Shown here piece by piece: positions 1 through 13,369 of a stretch of DNA of 64,000 nucleotides (its first letter is position 1; each line of letters opens with the position of its first letter). The position numbers and the translations under genes are program-made. Source of the DNA: the human T2T-CHM13v2.0 reference genome, Homo sapiens. The notes beneath the pieces were generated by a model that was not told the DNA's origin, did not search any database, and saw only the letters and a program-made list of their open reading frames with translations. The stretch lies in the NCBI RefSeq assembly GCF_009914755.1, contig NC_060944.1, one strand, 5' to 3'.

Positions 1-2034
1 CCCCGCTCAGCCCTCATGCCCACACAAGGAGAGACCCTAGTAGGCAGTGCCCCTGACCTGGCTGACAATCTCTCCAGCCCTGCCCAGCCCCCAGAAATCC
101 CCCACCCTAGGTGCTTCTAGAAGGCATCTTCAAGAGCCCCCAAGACCCAGGCCTCCTTGGTGCACAGAAGTCCAGCACCCAGCCCACCACCAAATATGCC
201 TGCCTTCCTATCCATCGCAGCACAGACAGGTCATTCCATCTGAAACAGGCACCAAGGGAAGGCCCTCTGATGTGCTCGTACCCCCACACCAGCTTCTAGG
301 GATACAGCACCTGAGTCCCAGAGGGCCTGGCTTGGAGACACCCTCAGTGACTCCGGGCAGGGTCACAACCCCTCTGAGCTTGCCTCTGGTGCCTCCACAT
401 TCCCCCAGAAAATATTTCTTTCCCAGAGTCCGAGAGACATCTTTCCTCCCCACTCTTGGACCAGCCTGCCGTCCCCAGATCCATCCATCTCTCTTCCCTT
501 CTCTCTATCAGATCCTGCTTTCAGCAGGAAAGGATCTGAGGGACTAACGCCTACTCAAGCCATAAGATGAATAATGGCTTAATGTGGGTGTTTACAGGGG
601 ACAGCGATGCTGCTTAATGGAGGAATTTCAGGCACAGAGAGGAGTGTGTGGAGGTGAGGGGCTCAATCCCCACTTCTCCTTCTCCTGATCCCAGTTCAGC
701 TCAGTTCAACAGCTCAGTTCCACCAAGCTTCAACTTTGTGCCAGGTTTGGCCAGTTGCCAGGGGCAAGGTAAATAAGCTCACAGTTTAGTGGGGTGGAAG
801 GTGAAACCCTTCTTATAACAACCTAAATGCTAGGTGGCATATGATCGGGGCTATAAAAGTGTCTGTGTGGACAACCTGAGACCTGTGGGGCTCAGGGAAG
901 GGACTGAGCTCGGGTGTTTGGAAAGGGAAAGTAGGCGGGAGGCAATCAGGGTTACTTCTTGGAGGAGGCGGCATCTGAGCAGATGGGAAGAAAGGGATGG
1001 GCATTTCAGGCAGAGGAGTGTGCATGGTGGCTGAGTGGTCTGGCCAGTTTGGGGAGTTAGATTGTGAGCAGGGGTGTGTGTTTGGGCAGATGGTGTGTAG
1101 TGGGTTGGGGTGGGAGGCTGACCTGGCCCTAGCCAGATCTTCCTGAGAACAAAGAAAGTGGCCTAACTCTAGGGAGGAAGAAACGCAGACCACCTTCTTT
1201 AACCCAGCATCACAGTGGGCAATGCCCTTCCCTTTAACTCACGGGAATCACAACTCTGAAAATTGTCTTATGCCTATTTTGCAGATGCCTAATTCCCCAG
1301 TGCTTTTTTTTCTAGCATCTCCTCCGGAAAATCTTTATGGAAGGAGTTTCAGGGTAGGGAGTCATTGCTGGAAGGTGAGGGTGACGGTGAAGGGGTTAAG
1401 CTGTAGTTCTGGGCAATGAGAGTGGGAAAACGTCCACACTCCATAGGGAGGGATGGAGGGAGGGGTCTGGAACACGCTGTTCCCTCTTTCCCTATAGGTC
1501 CAAGCCTGAACTCATGGGGTCAGGAGGACCCATGATCCTGTGGTGAACATACCCTGCCTGGTATGACTTCTATGGGCCTGGGCACGAGGCTTCCCAACCC
1601 TGGCAGCCCTGCTCCGCAAGCCCTGCTCTGTGCTGCCACCTCCAGGGATCCGGCTTTGATTCCCTGCATTATGACCTGGGCTGGTCGTAATGAGACTGGA
1701 GTTATGGGTGAGGAGGAGGTGCAGCTCCAAAGCCTTCATTTCCTGGAGCGTATGGCTTCCCTGCGTGCCCCATGGGAACTGTTCCCCCAACTCCAACAAG
1801 CAGCTCCAGGGCCCATCACAGCCCTGCAGGGATGCAGAGGAGGGGAGAGGCTGAAGGGAGAGAGAATTTGGAGGGAGGCTGCTGTCACTTCTGGAGAGGG
1901 CTGTGGAGGTCGATGGAGTGGCATGTCAAGGGGAGATCTGCCAGTGTTCACGGGCACCAAGCTGTTGCTCTCCTTCCCTCCTTTCCTTTATTTCTTTGTT
2001 TCTAACACCTTTGACAAGGATGGGAGGCAAGAGA

Positions 2035-2990
2035 TCCATTCATTCAGTCACCAAACATGAGGGTCTGCTACAAGCAGGGAGACAGAACAGCGTTTTATCC
2101 TTTCACTCATTCATTTATTGAACATACGTTAACAATCGCTTTCTGTTTAAGACAGCAAGATGCAATCAGTTATTCAGCGATCTATCAGCAAAGAGATGCA
2201 TTTCTTCTTGTTATTCCTTCACTCTTTCCACAAATGTTTACCAGCACCTCTCTTATGCCAGTCCATGTGCTGGGCACTGGGGACATAGCAATAAAAAAAT
2301 GAAGTACTGGCCGAGTGAGGTGGCTTGTGCCTGTAATCCCAGCATTTTGGGAGGCCGAGGCAGGTGGATCACTTTAGGTCAGGAGTTCGAGACCAGCCAG
2401 GTAAACATAGTGAAACCCCATCTCTACTAAAAATACAAAAATTAGCCAGGCATGGTGGTGGGTGCCTGTAATCCCAGCTACTCAGGAGGCTCAGACAGGA
2501 AAATCACTTGAACCTGGGAGGTGGAGGTTGTAGTGAGCCAAGACCATGCCACTGCCCTCTAGCCTGGGTGACAAAGTGAAATTCCATCTCAAAAAAAAAA
2601 AAAAAAAAAAAATTGAAGTCCTGGCCCTCATGGAACTGACTTTCTGGTGGGGGACACAGATAATAGAGGAATTAATCTACAGTATAATTTCAGGGAGTGG
2701 TAAACATTGAGAAGAAAAGTAAAGAAGGACGAAGTGGAGGGAGAATGATGGAAGGAATGGAGTGAGTGCGTTGTTAAAGATATGGTATCAGGGAGGGAGG
2801 GCCTCTCAGAGGAGGTGGCATTGGGCTGAGTCTGGAAGGATGAGAAGGAGCTGTGCACAAAATAGTTCCACACAGAGGGAACAGCATGCAAAGGTCCAGA
2901 GGTTGGAATGAGCTGAGATGGCATTTGCAGCTAAAGTGCAGGATGCATCTGGACATGTGGAATTTGGGGTGTTGGGGAGGAGAAGGCACG
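2035..2990 (-). mobile_element. L2 3' region, interrupted by an Alu
   Basis: cattcattc tail; ccctcatggaactgactttct; ggcctctcagaggaggtggcatt. Confidence 0.75.
2309..2612 (+). mobile_element. AluS, full length, inserted in an L2
   Basis: Both monomers, A22 tail, TSD-like aaaatgaagtac / aaattgaagtcc. Confidence 0.95.
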
Positions 2991-3000
2991 CTTGTTGTAG

Positions 3001-3375
<375 letters not shown>

Positions 3376-4754
3376 TAGAGCCCAGGAGGACTCTACCAAG
3401 CATACATCATGACAAAGCAGTGCCTCAAACGTGGGACTTGGACTCCTCAGGCATAAGGCATCTTTGGGGAATGGGAAAAAATGCACCTCTAGGTGAATGC
3501 AACCCAGTGTCGGAGTCACAACTGGCAGGGCAAGCCTGCCCCGCCTTGTGAGGGCACAATCTGTACTACTGTTTGAGGGTGGAGCCCTGGCCCTCCCATC
3601 CTCACCTCTCCCTCCCCTTCCTGGCCCTTCATACCTCAGCCTACAGGTCCTCCCTCAGGCATCTTGGCTAGGTGCCCTGGCAGCCTGCCAACTCTTCACT
3701 GCTCTGCACAGCCCTGCTAGGGCTGCCACAGACATGTCGGCCTCCTCCCTCCCTTCCTCCCTTCTTCCTTTTCCTGCTCCAGCTGCTTTTCCTGAATGGA
3801 TGGTGACTACAGAACCCTGTCCTGGCATTCAAAATTGGTCCAGGGAGGCAGCTGTGGAGTCCTGCAGCTGCATTCAGCTCTCCTGGGACCGCCTCCCATG
3901 AGACCTGGGGCACGTTGGTGGCCTTCCCTGGTCCTCAGGTCTCAGCCTACTGCACAGAGCTGTTTAATCCCAAATGGGATTAAAAACTGAGCCCAGGCCT
4001 GGCTCAATAAATGTTGGCTCTGCCCTGTCCACACTTCAGCCTCACCTCCTATAATCTGTCCGTCTGCCCATGGGCCTACATATATGCCTATGGCTTCTGT
4101 GTGCGTGCGAACATGTGTCTGCAGTCACATATGTGACTGAGTGTGCATGACGATCTGATATGCATTCCTTCATTTCACAAATATTTATGAGTTTCCACTC
4201 TGTGTTGTTCTAGGCACAGCAAAAAGAAACAGGTAGAGTCCTTGCCAGGTGGGGGCACAGACAATAAACAAATAACGTGTCAGACAATGGCAAGTGCAGT
4301 GGAGAGAGCAAAGCAGAGTAAGGGGCAGGAAGTTCTGGGGATGGCGGGATTTGCTGTTTATCCATCTATCATCGTTATTACAAATACTCATTTAAACAGG
4401 GTAGCCAGGGAAGGCCTTGTCATTAAGATGAGATTTAAACAGAGATCTGAAGTGAGGGACAGAGGGGTTGTGCACAAAGCTGGGAGAAGAGGGTTTCAAG
4501 CTGAGGCAACAGCAGGTGCAAAGTCCCTGAGGTCAGCAGCATGTGTCTAGTGGGAAGGAGGAACATCGGGGGTCTCGTGTTGCTGAAGTGGAGTGAGTGC
4601 AGGGGAAGCAGCAGCAGATGAGGTCAGAGAGTGTGGGGGTGGAGTCAGAGCCTACAGGCTCTCTTGGGATTTTTCTGTGAGTGAGATGAGACCCCTAAGA
4701 GGGTTTGAGCAGAAGAGTGACATGATCTGACTTATGTTTTAAAAGATCATTCCG

Positions 4755-5061
4755 GGCTGGGTGCAGTGGTTCATGCCTGTAATCTCAGCAGTTTGGGAGG
4801 CTGAGGCAGGAAGATTCCTTGAGGCCAGGGGTTCAAGAGCAGCCTGGGCAACATATCAAGATCCTGTCTCTACAAAAAACTATTTAAAAAAATTAGCCAG
4901 GAATGGTGGCATGTGCCTGTAGTCCCAGCTACTTGGGAGACTGAGGCAGAAGGATTGCTTGAGCCCAGGACTTCAAGGCTGCAGTGAGCTATGATCACAC
5001 CATTAACACTCCAGTCTAGGTGACAGAGTGAGACCCTGTCTCTAAAAGAAAAAAAAAAAAA
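4755..5061 (+). mobile_element. AluJ, first of a tandem pair
   Basis: AluJ-type diagnostics (gagcccaggacttcaaggctgcagtgagctatgat) and A tail. Confidence 0.93.
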
Positions 5062-5352
5062 GGCCAGGCATGGTGGCTCATACCTGTAATCCTAGCACTT
5101 TGGGAGGCTGAGGCAGCTGGATCATTTGAGCCCAGGAGTTCAAGACCAGCCTGGGGAACATGGCAAAACCCTGTCTCTACAAAAAAATAGAAAAATTAGC
5201 TGGGTGTGCTGGCATGTGCCTGTAGTCCCAGCTACTCAGGAGTCTGAGGTGGAAAAGGATCACCTGAGCTTGGGGAGGTCGAGGCTGCAATGAGACATGA
5301 TCACACCAGCCTGGGTGACAGTGAGGCCTTGTCTCAAGAAAAAAAAAAAAAA
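5062..5352 (+). mobile_element. AluJ, second of the pair, directly after the first one's A tail
   Basis: ggccaggcatggtggc begins right after the poly-A; the pair is flanked by aaagatcattc / aaaatcatgc. Confidence 0.93.
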
Positions 5353-7949
5353 TCATGCTGGCTATTGTGTTAAGATAGTCAGAAGCTGGGGTTGGGAGGA
5401 GCCTATGGCAATATTTCAATAATTCGGCAGAGGACTAGTCAGGGGCTTTGATCAAGGGGGAGCAGCGGAGATGCTGAAAAGTGAGGCTGGGCCACAGAAT
5501 ATGTTGATGGGTCAGAAATGGGGTTCAAGGGAAGACAGCAACTGAGTGTGACCATGCCCTCAGCCTGGGCAGCGGCAATGATGGCGTTTCCTTTCATTCA
5601 GAGCTGAAGACGGCAGGAAGAGCAGATTTGGGGGGTGATCAGGAACTGACCTTGATGTGTTACAATCAGTTTTTGGACAGGTTAAACCCCGAAAGCCTGT
5701 TAGGCATAAAGCAGAGATACGGAGCAGGCTCCTGTACCTATGGCTAGGAGTTCAGGGGTGAGGTCCTGCTGCAGGTAGCAATTTGGGAATTTGAGTGGCA
5801 TGTAAAGCTGAGACTGGGTGAGAGCACCAGGGAGTGACTGTTGATGGAGAAGAGATCTGGGGACTAAATGCTGGGGGACCACAGCTACAGTGATCCAGGA
5901 GATGAGGAGGAAACAGCAAGAGACTGACAGAGAGAAGGGGAGGAAAAGGGAGATATCCTGGGAGCCAACAGAAGAAAGTGCTGTAGGGAGGGAGTGGTGA
6001 ACTGTGCCGAATGCTGCCATTGAGGGGTAAGTGTCTGTCCAACTTTGCCTGGGACAGCTCCACGGCATAACTGTTAATAATGTTCCCCCAGTTTGGATGA
6101 TAAATCATGTGATCCTACTGATAGGTCAGATGTGGACTTTGACTTGACCATTGGAGTTAGTGGGGCGGAGGTCATTAGTGACCTTGCTGGCAGTGACTTG
6201 GTGGAGTAGTGGGTACACACACATGACTGGAACAGGTTCAAGAGAACTGGGAGGAGGGAAGGTGGGGACATGTGTGGGTGGGCGATGGTCCCTCTTGGGA
6301 TTTGTGAAGGTTCATTTGCCTGTTGCCCCCACCCCCCAACCGCATCCCAGTAGAGATGGCTCAAGACTGAGGCTCAGGACACAAATCAGCATCCACACAA
6401 TGCCACCAGGGCAGCTTCAGCTGTGTGGGGAGGGCCAGAAGAGCCTCCTTCTCCCTGCACCCCCTCCTCTACTCTTCCCATCTCTCCTGCCGCAGGGCCC
6501 GGCCAGACTCATCCCCATGTGCCCAGACTGTGACGGAGCCAACACCATTTGCCTGGGACCCCTGTGGGCCCTAAGCCCCCTAGCAGGACAGGTGAGTCTC
6601 TGTCCTTGCCCAGGCTCCTGTGACCTGGCAGATCCTTGCTGCTCCTGCCTAGGGCTGGGTTTCTCTAGTGGGTATGGGAAGAGGAGAGCAGCCCCAACCC
6701 TGGGTGTGCCCCCTGCCTCCCAGCTCCCCAGCAGCCTCGGGAAGAGTCCCATAGCTCCAGTTTCTGGCAGTCACCGAGCACCTGCTGTGCTCTGGGTCCT
6801 GTTGAGGCTCTGTCACTCTGTGGGACACACACAGGAGGCAGGCACGATGTGAGAAATATTCACAACTTGAGGCAGCATAGACACCAACCACACTGACTGC
6901 AGGGTCCCAGGGGCCAAGAAGAGGGGAGGTCCAGGAGATCCCTGTGGTAGGGGCTAGGGTGACAGGGTTGGGTGGTCTTCAGGGGGTTTGGGACAGTGGC
7001 TATTTACCAATAGCGATGAAGCATTTCCATACACATTACAGCCACACTACGTGTACTTGACTCTTCTCTGCCTTGGAAATAGGCCAGATGTGGTCCCTGT
7101 TCTTAAGGCAGTCACAGCCTAGGGTAGAGACATCCATTCCTTAATTCATTCCACAAACTCTTACAGAACATTCCCTAATGAGCCAGACAGACCGTTAGGT
7201 ACTCTTGAGATGATGGAAACCTAAAGACATAATTCTCCCAAAGAGCTCACCATCTAGAGGGTGGCAACAGCCATTCAGCATTTACAGTGCACCTCACATG
7301 TACCATTTTCTCATTTATCCATTCAATGAACACTTATTGAACTACTAGGTACCAAGTTCTGTGCTGGGTCCCTGGCAAGTTTCACAAATAAGCCTTAACA
7401 GGTTTGTGGCCAAATTACCAGATTCTAATGAGAGAAATCCCTGGCAGTTGCTCATTTATCAGTGAACCAAAATCTAGTGAAGACCTACTATGTGCCACAC
7501 CACCTGTAAGTGCTCTGCAAATTAAATGCACATGCTCGCAGATGAGCAGGAGAGACCAATATTTTTTAAACCCAAACAAAAAAATCCCACAACAAAAAAT
7601 AAAACCTGGAAAATGGAAAGTGTAGGAAACTCATGCAAGATGTGAAGGCTCAGAGGAAGAGCTCCTATCTCCTTGAGTAACCATGGAGGGCTGCCTGGAG
7701 GAGGGGGGCATTGGAGCTGATCCTTGAAAGGTGAGGAGGATTTGAACACAGGGAGATGAAGTAGGAAATTACTGGAAGAACAAGCATGAGCAGAGGAAAC
7801 CTAGGACATGAATGGGATACAGTGAATAGTGTAGTCTGGCTGGGTTTTATGGTGTATAAAAAGAGTGATGGTTGGCACCAAAGTTATCAAAAGAAAAAAG
7901 AACAAAAATGAAATGAGAAAAAAAAGAGTTATGGGAAATACAAAGGACA

Positions 7950-8410
7950 TGGCTGGCTGCAAACAGCCAATTCATCCCCCATCCTTCTTTCTTGTTTCTA
8001 TTTCATTTCAACATTTGCCTTCAGCTTGGCCATGTGCTCAGCCCCTCCTCTGTTAATAGTGACTAGTCTAAACCAATAGGAGCCAGACTCCTCTCCCTAC
8101 CAGTAATTGATTTAGAAAGTATTATGTGACACAATTCTGGTCAGTGAAATATAAAAATATATCTTCTGTGAGCTTCTGGGAAATTTTTATTATTCTTAAA
8201 AAAGAGATGCCTTAAGGAGGACCTTTTTGTTTTCTGCATGTGGAAATAGGTGATGGCTGGTACAATAGCAGCCACTTTTGGTTGATGAAGGGAACAACAC
8301 CAAGAGGCCAAAGAGGCCTACTAAGAAAAGACAGAACAATCTGTGTCCTTGGAGATGTTGTGGAACTACTGAATTAAGCCACTCTAGGTCTTGAATCCAC
8401 TTCCAGCCTC
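7950..8410. mobile_element. ERVL solo-LTR relic (LTR33/LTR16-like)
   Basis: aattctggtcagtgaaat...gcttctgggaaa...agcagccacttttg...gtccttggagatgttgtggaactactg. Confidence 0.6.
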
Positions 8411-9079
8411 TACTTCCTCCAGACTCTCTTTCTCTTTTCTCTGAACTCCCTCAGGCCTGTCTGGCTGGGTCTCCCTTTGGGGTTTGCTGTCAGCTGCATG
8501 GCAAACTTCCGAAGGACAAAGACCTCACCTACTCCTTCTTCCATCCCTTTCCCCGTTCCCACACACATACCTGGCAGAGCTAAGTACAGAACTGGGGCCT
8601 GGGAGGGACTCAGGAGAGGCTTGCTCCAGACAGACTTCAGAGGCTGGTTGGGTAATATGACCTTCCCTCTCACTGGGGAGTTGCCAGCTGTGGGCATCAC
8701 TGCTGCTGCTTGCACTTCCGGAGTCTGGCTGGATGGCCAGCATGTCCTTTCTTGATTTCTCAATGCTCTGGCAACATCACTGCCAAGGCTGTATGACTGC
8801 CAGCTTGGTGGCTCCAGGCTCTCCCTTGTCATCTGGCTTTCCCCTGTCATCTGGCTTTCCGCCTATGGACAGGGGAAGGTATTCTTATCCTACCTGTCAT
8901 GGGATTTCTGTCCTCTCACTCTGCCAAGACCAAGAAGTGGGGCTGCACAGAGCGACCCCCAGACAGAACAAAGTAGAACAGATTTTGTGGAGCTGCCTGG
9001 GGCTTCTGCACCCCTGCCTCCTCCCCCAAATTCCTGATAATCCTTTTAACATTCAGGGGACCTAAGACCATGAGATCCA

Positions 9080-9310
9080 AAGTCAGACCAGAGTTTGAGT
9101 TCCAGTTCCATTATTTTACTGTATGTATGACCTTGGTAATTTGCTTCCTTTCTCTGAGCCTCAGTTTTCTCATCTGAAAAATGGGGATAATAGTATTTAC
9201 CTCCCAGGGCCAACATAAGGTGTAAATGAGATGAGGCATGTGAAGGAATCTGTGGTGTTTGGCAACAAATGTTAGTGAATGTCATCAGAATGACTAGTGT
9301 TGTTATTATT
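9080..9310 (+). mobile_element. MIR (one example of roughly 30 MIR fragments in the window)
   Basis: MIR core ctctgagcctcagttttctcatctgaaaaatggggataatag. Similar cores near 10.7, 12.6, 15.1, 17.6, 18.9, 19.2, 27.1, 28.0, 28.7, 30.0, 31.4, 31.6, 33.9, 35.2, 39.5, 40.5, 43.6, 44.4, 47.8, 49.4, 52.4, 54.3, 58.7, 59.1 and 61.1 kb. Confidence 0.85.
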
Positions 9311-11339
9311 ATTTCTGGTCCCTGGACAAATACTACTGGACCCTATTATGCACAAAGTATCCTGGCCAGGCGAGGAGAGTTTAGAGATCTTCATCCACTC
9401 AGCCATTTATTTATTCAGTCATGTATTTATTTAACAACTGTGCTAATCAGGCCTATAGTGCAGCCTGAGTCAAGAAGAGTGAAGAGTTGCACAGGGTATG
9501 GGAGTTGCCTCCTGCTCCAGCGCCAGACTCAGGCTAGGGGAAAGGGTAGTTCAGGAAGAGGCAGCTCATTCATCTGTTCATTCCTTTACTCACTCACTTC
9601 TCCCGGCACACCTGGCTTGTATGTGTCCTCTCTCCATGCTTGCCTGGCTTCCAGGGCTGCCAGTGGGAGCGGTGCCTGACAGTCTGGCTCCTGTCTGCCC
9701 CCACTGAGTCCCAGCGGCACTGTGCCTGCTGGATCCTGAGCCCAGAGCTCTCTGTGCTTGGCTGCCATCTTCTCCCTGGGGGAAAATTATTTCTACCAGC
9801 TCAGTGCTCTCCTTTTGGGCCAGAATAGCTCCCGGTGTAATGCAGGAGCTATTGAGGCATGGAGGGGTGCTGGGAAGAGCCACTTTGTCTCTGCTCACCT
9901 CTCATTGCCTCCTACCCCTAGGTATAAGGCACGATGGAGCCACAAATGAAGGAGGCAACCAGTTACTGCCTTAGCGTGCCTGCAACTCACATGAGCATGT
10001 GTGTGGCTGAACACATGCATGCATGTGCATCACTGATGTGTGCAGGGGTGGCATACACACGCACCACATCCCGGCACCAAGGACAGCTCCCTACACATAC
10101 TAGGTGCTCAATAAGTGTGGAGCGAGAGACTAAATGGGTGTCTACTCTTCGTGTGCTGAGCCCAAGGGCTGTTTCTGGGGCCTGGGAGTGATGCACGTGT
10201 AGTGTTGGGACAGAGGGTGTTTGCATCTCTGAGTGTATTTGTGTGTGTGTGTGTTGAGGGGGTGGGGGGTGGTGGAGTGGGGGCAGGATATGCCAAAGCT
10301 TCTGGGTTTGGTAGCTGAACATCACCCAGGAAGGCAAAGGTGGAAGGTCAGGGGAGAGGGGATGATCAGAGCTGGGGTCTTATGTACCCCATATACACAG
10401 TCACCTCATCTGCAAAGGCTGACCTGGGGCCCCCAGTCTTGCCCCCCGCCCCAGGCTATATGTCGAACATGCTGCCGCACAGGTCTTCATGAAGCCTGGC
10501 TCAGTCTGGATGGTTTTCCTGTTCCAAACCTTCCTTGCTCCCTTTCCCCTTTAAGATAAAGCCCAGACTCAGGCCTAGCGTTCATTCATTACTGTTTAGA
10601 GTAACAAAAGGTTTTTCATGCTCAATAACTCCACACACAGCCTTTTGAGGTGAATACTGTTATTTGCCTCCATTTTTCAGATAAGGAAACTGAGACACAA
10701 AGAGTTTATGTGATGGGCCCAAGGTCACACAACTGATATGTTGTGGAGTCTGGATTTGAACTCTGATCTGCCAGCTCCAAAGCCTGCACCTTTAGCCACT
10801 ACCCACGTGGCCCACTCAACGCCCTGCCTGATTGGGACCTGCCTACTCTCCATCTTGCCACTGCCTCTTTTCTTCCTGGGCAGATGGAACCACCTGCTGT
10901 TAATGACATTCATGCCTCTGGGCCTTTGCTCCTGCTCTTGCCTCTGCCAACAATGCCCTTCTCCCTTGCTGTCCCACGTCCAGCTCTGACTCAATGTTCA
11001 GCGCCCAGCCCCACTGCCCTTTCCTCCATGTGGTCTCTCAGCCTCCTCCCCTGACCCTGGAGAGCTCACACTTATCTGAGCCTGTGTCTCAGAACCAAGC
11101 TCTTCTTTGTCCTGGCCTCAGCATTCTGCCCACTGGCTGTGGGTGCTTCATTCTTGCTCTCTGTCCTTCAGCTCACACTTCAGTGCTGTGATCAGAGTTT
11201 GCACTACTGAATGTGTGAGTGAATCCATGAAGGGATATGTGGATGGATGGATGAATGGATGAACGGAAGGACACATGATGGGGTTGCCTGGTTACTGCTG
11301 TACCCCATCCCTCAGACTGCTCTTCTATGCTTGTTCCAC

Positions 11340-12130
11340 TTATGGATTCATCAAATATTTATTGAGCACCTACTATGTGCCAGGCTAAGTATGCAGCAGT
11401 TAGAAAGTCAGACAAAGTCCCTGTCCCCATGGCCTTCCATTCTGTGTGTGTGTGTGTGTGTGTGTGCGTGTGTGTGCATGTGTGTGTGTGAAGCAGGGGA
11501 GATACATTTACTCATCCAACAACCTCACAAATAAATGCACAATTACCAACTGTGCCAAGGTCTGCAAAGAGAAAGTACAAGGAGCCCCCACATTTATAGG
11601 GGACACTACCTCATTAGGGATGGTTGGGGCAAGTTAGGGAACAGTTCCCTGAGAAGGGGTTTTTTAGCTGAAACCCAAAGGATGAGTGAGATGTACTGAG
11701 GCACAGGTGGCAGAATGTGCAGAGCCATATTTAGGGGACCGAAAGGCCAGGGGAAGAGCAGAGTGTGAGGGGAGAAGCTAGGGAAACAGCTGAGGACGGG
11801 CCTGGAGGAGTTGAGATTTTGACTCAACCAGAAGGCACTGAAGAGCTTTTGGCGGAGGAGATGTGTTCAAGGTTGTGTCTTAAAAGAGGTCACTGTGCTT
11901 GTTGCTGGAAGAACAACTGTGGATGTACAAGGCTGGAACTGGGGACCCGTGAGAAGGTGGTGGCAGCATCTGAGGAAGAGGGTGGTGGTGGCTCGGACCA
12001 GGGAGGCTGGCGTGGGATGGAGAAAAGGTAACAGATTTGGAATATTTAGGAAGCAAAATGGATCAGAGTTGGTGATGAATCAGATGTAGCGGACGAGGGA
12101 GGGAGAGACATCAAGAGTGACTCCCCGGAT
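11340..12130 (-). mobile_element. L2 containing a (TG)n at 11443-11490
   Basis: attcatcaaatatttattgagcacctactatgtgccagg L2 terminus. Confidence 0.8.
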
Positions 12131-12850
12131 TTTATTTTTGTTTTAGCTGACGTTTTTTGATCACCTACTAAGAGCCAGGCACTGTTCTAGCACTTTATGT
12201 GCATTAGCTTATTTATTCCTCACAATAACCCCATAAAGTAAGTTATCATTATCCCCTTCACAATCTCACTTCACTCCAATGAGAAGGCTAGGCAAAGGGA
12301 CACAGTGGAAAGTGTCCCAAGCTTTGTTCCTTTGGGGAACAACCTTGGCAGATCACAGGCACAGGGAAGGAAGAAAGAGAGGCCAGTTGCATACCTTGAG
12401 CTGATTCTGAGTCAGTGAGAATAATGATAGATAACATTTATAGCGCTTTTACTATGTGCCAGGCATGGTGCCATCCAATTAGCTAATAATAAGAGGTAAC
12501 ACTGAGTTCCATGCAGGGCACTTTATATCAATGATCTGATTGAATCCTCACAATAGCTGTCTTTAAAATTTCTATTACAGAATCAGGAACAGTGGCTCAG
12601 AGAGGTTGAGGGACTTGCCCAAGGTCACACAGCTAGTTAGTGGAGGATCTGGAATTCAAACAGGCTCTGGCAGTGGGAGGGAAATGAGGATGGGCCGGGA
12701 GGTGCTCAGTGGCTGCTGGAAAGGACAGGCCTGCGTTTGGCTCTCAGCATGAACCATGTCCTTCCCCCACGCTACTTGACGTGACTTAACCCAGGCCTGA
12801 GTCCCTCCTTAAGGCCTGACCTCCCGTGCAAATTATGAACATGTATGAGT

Positions 12851-12972
12851 ATGCACACACACACACACACCATGCACACACACACACCGTGCACACACAC
12901 ACACCGTGTGCACACACACACACCGTGCGCACACACACACCGTGCGCACACACACATACCGTGTACACATGC
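12851..12972. repeat. Compound (CA)n array with CCGTG-type spacers (17-19 bp unit)
   Basis: About 6 units of cc(a/g)tg(tg/cg)cacacacaca. Confidence 0.9.
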
Positions 12973-13369
12973 AGACTCCTTGGCTAGCACTGCTCACCTG
13001 CCCAGGGGCAACCTGTTAGAACCCTCCACCTCAGGTGCCCCTGGCCTGCACCTGTCTCCCTGCCCTGCCCCCACCCTGCCCGTGTGCCGGTGCCACCGGC
13101 AGAGCCGTGCTGTACATCATGTTGACAGTAGAAATTACATCCCGAGCTGCTGTTTTACACCGCGCCCTGTCAGAACTCACTGCAGCCCAGTGATCAGGAC
13201 AAATTGAATACCATCCTGGCCGTGTCAATATTTATTCCATTTTACAAACGCGTCCGGATGGGGGCAGGGCCCTGCCATGGTGCCAGCCAAGCAGAGTCCC
13301 AGGAGACCCTTCTCCCTCCAAACCGCCTCCTCCTTGCTCTTTTCCCCTCTTCCTCCTCCTCTTTCTCTA

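Larger units (their letters stand above)
4160..6260 (-). mobile_element. Long L2 fragment, interrupted by the tandem Alus
   Basis: cattcc...aaatatttatgag tail; gagtgacatgatctgacttatgtttt; ggaggtcattagtgaccttg. Confidence 0.8.

Noticed and set aside
9824-9853. 9-bp inverted repeat aatagctcc / ggagctatt
   Set aside because: Short stems with flexible loops are expected by chance.
12851-12972. Repeat-spacer-like periodic array
   Set aside because: Not CRISPR: eukaryotic microsatellite-derived array with no unique spacers or cas genes.
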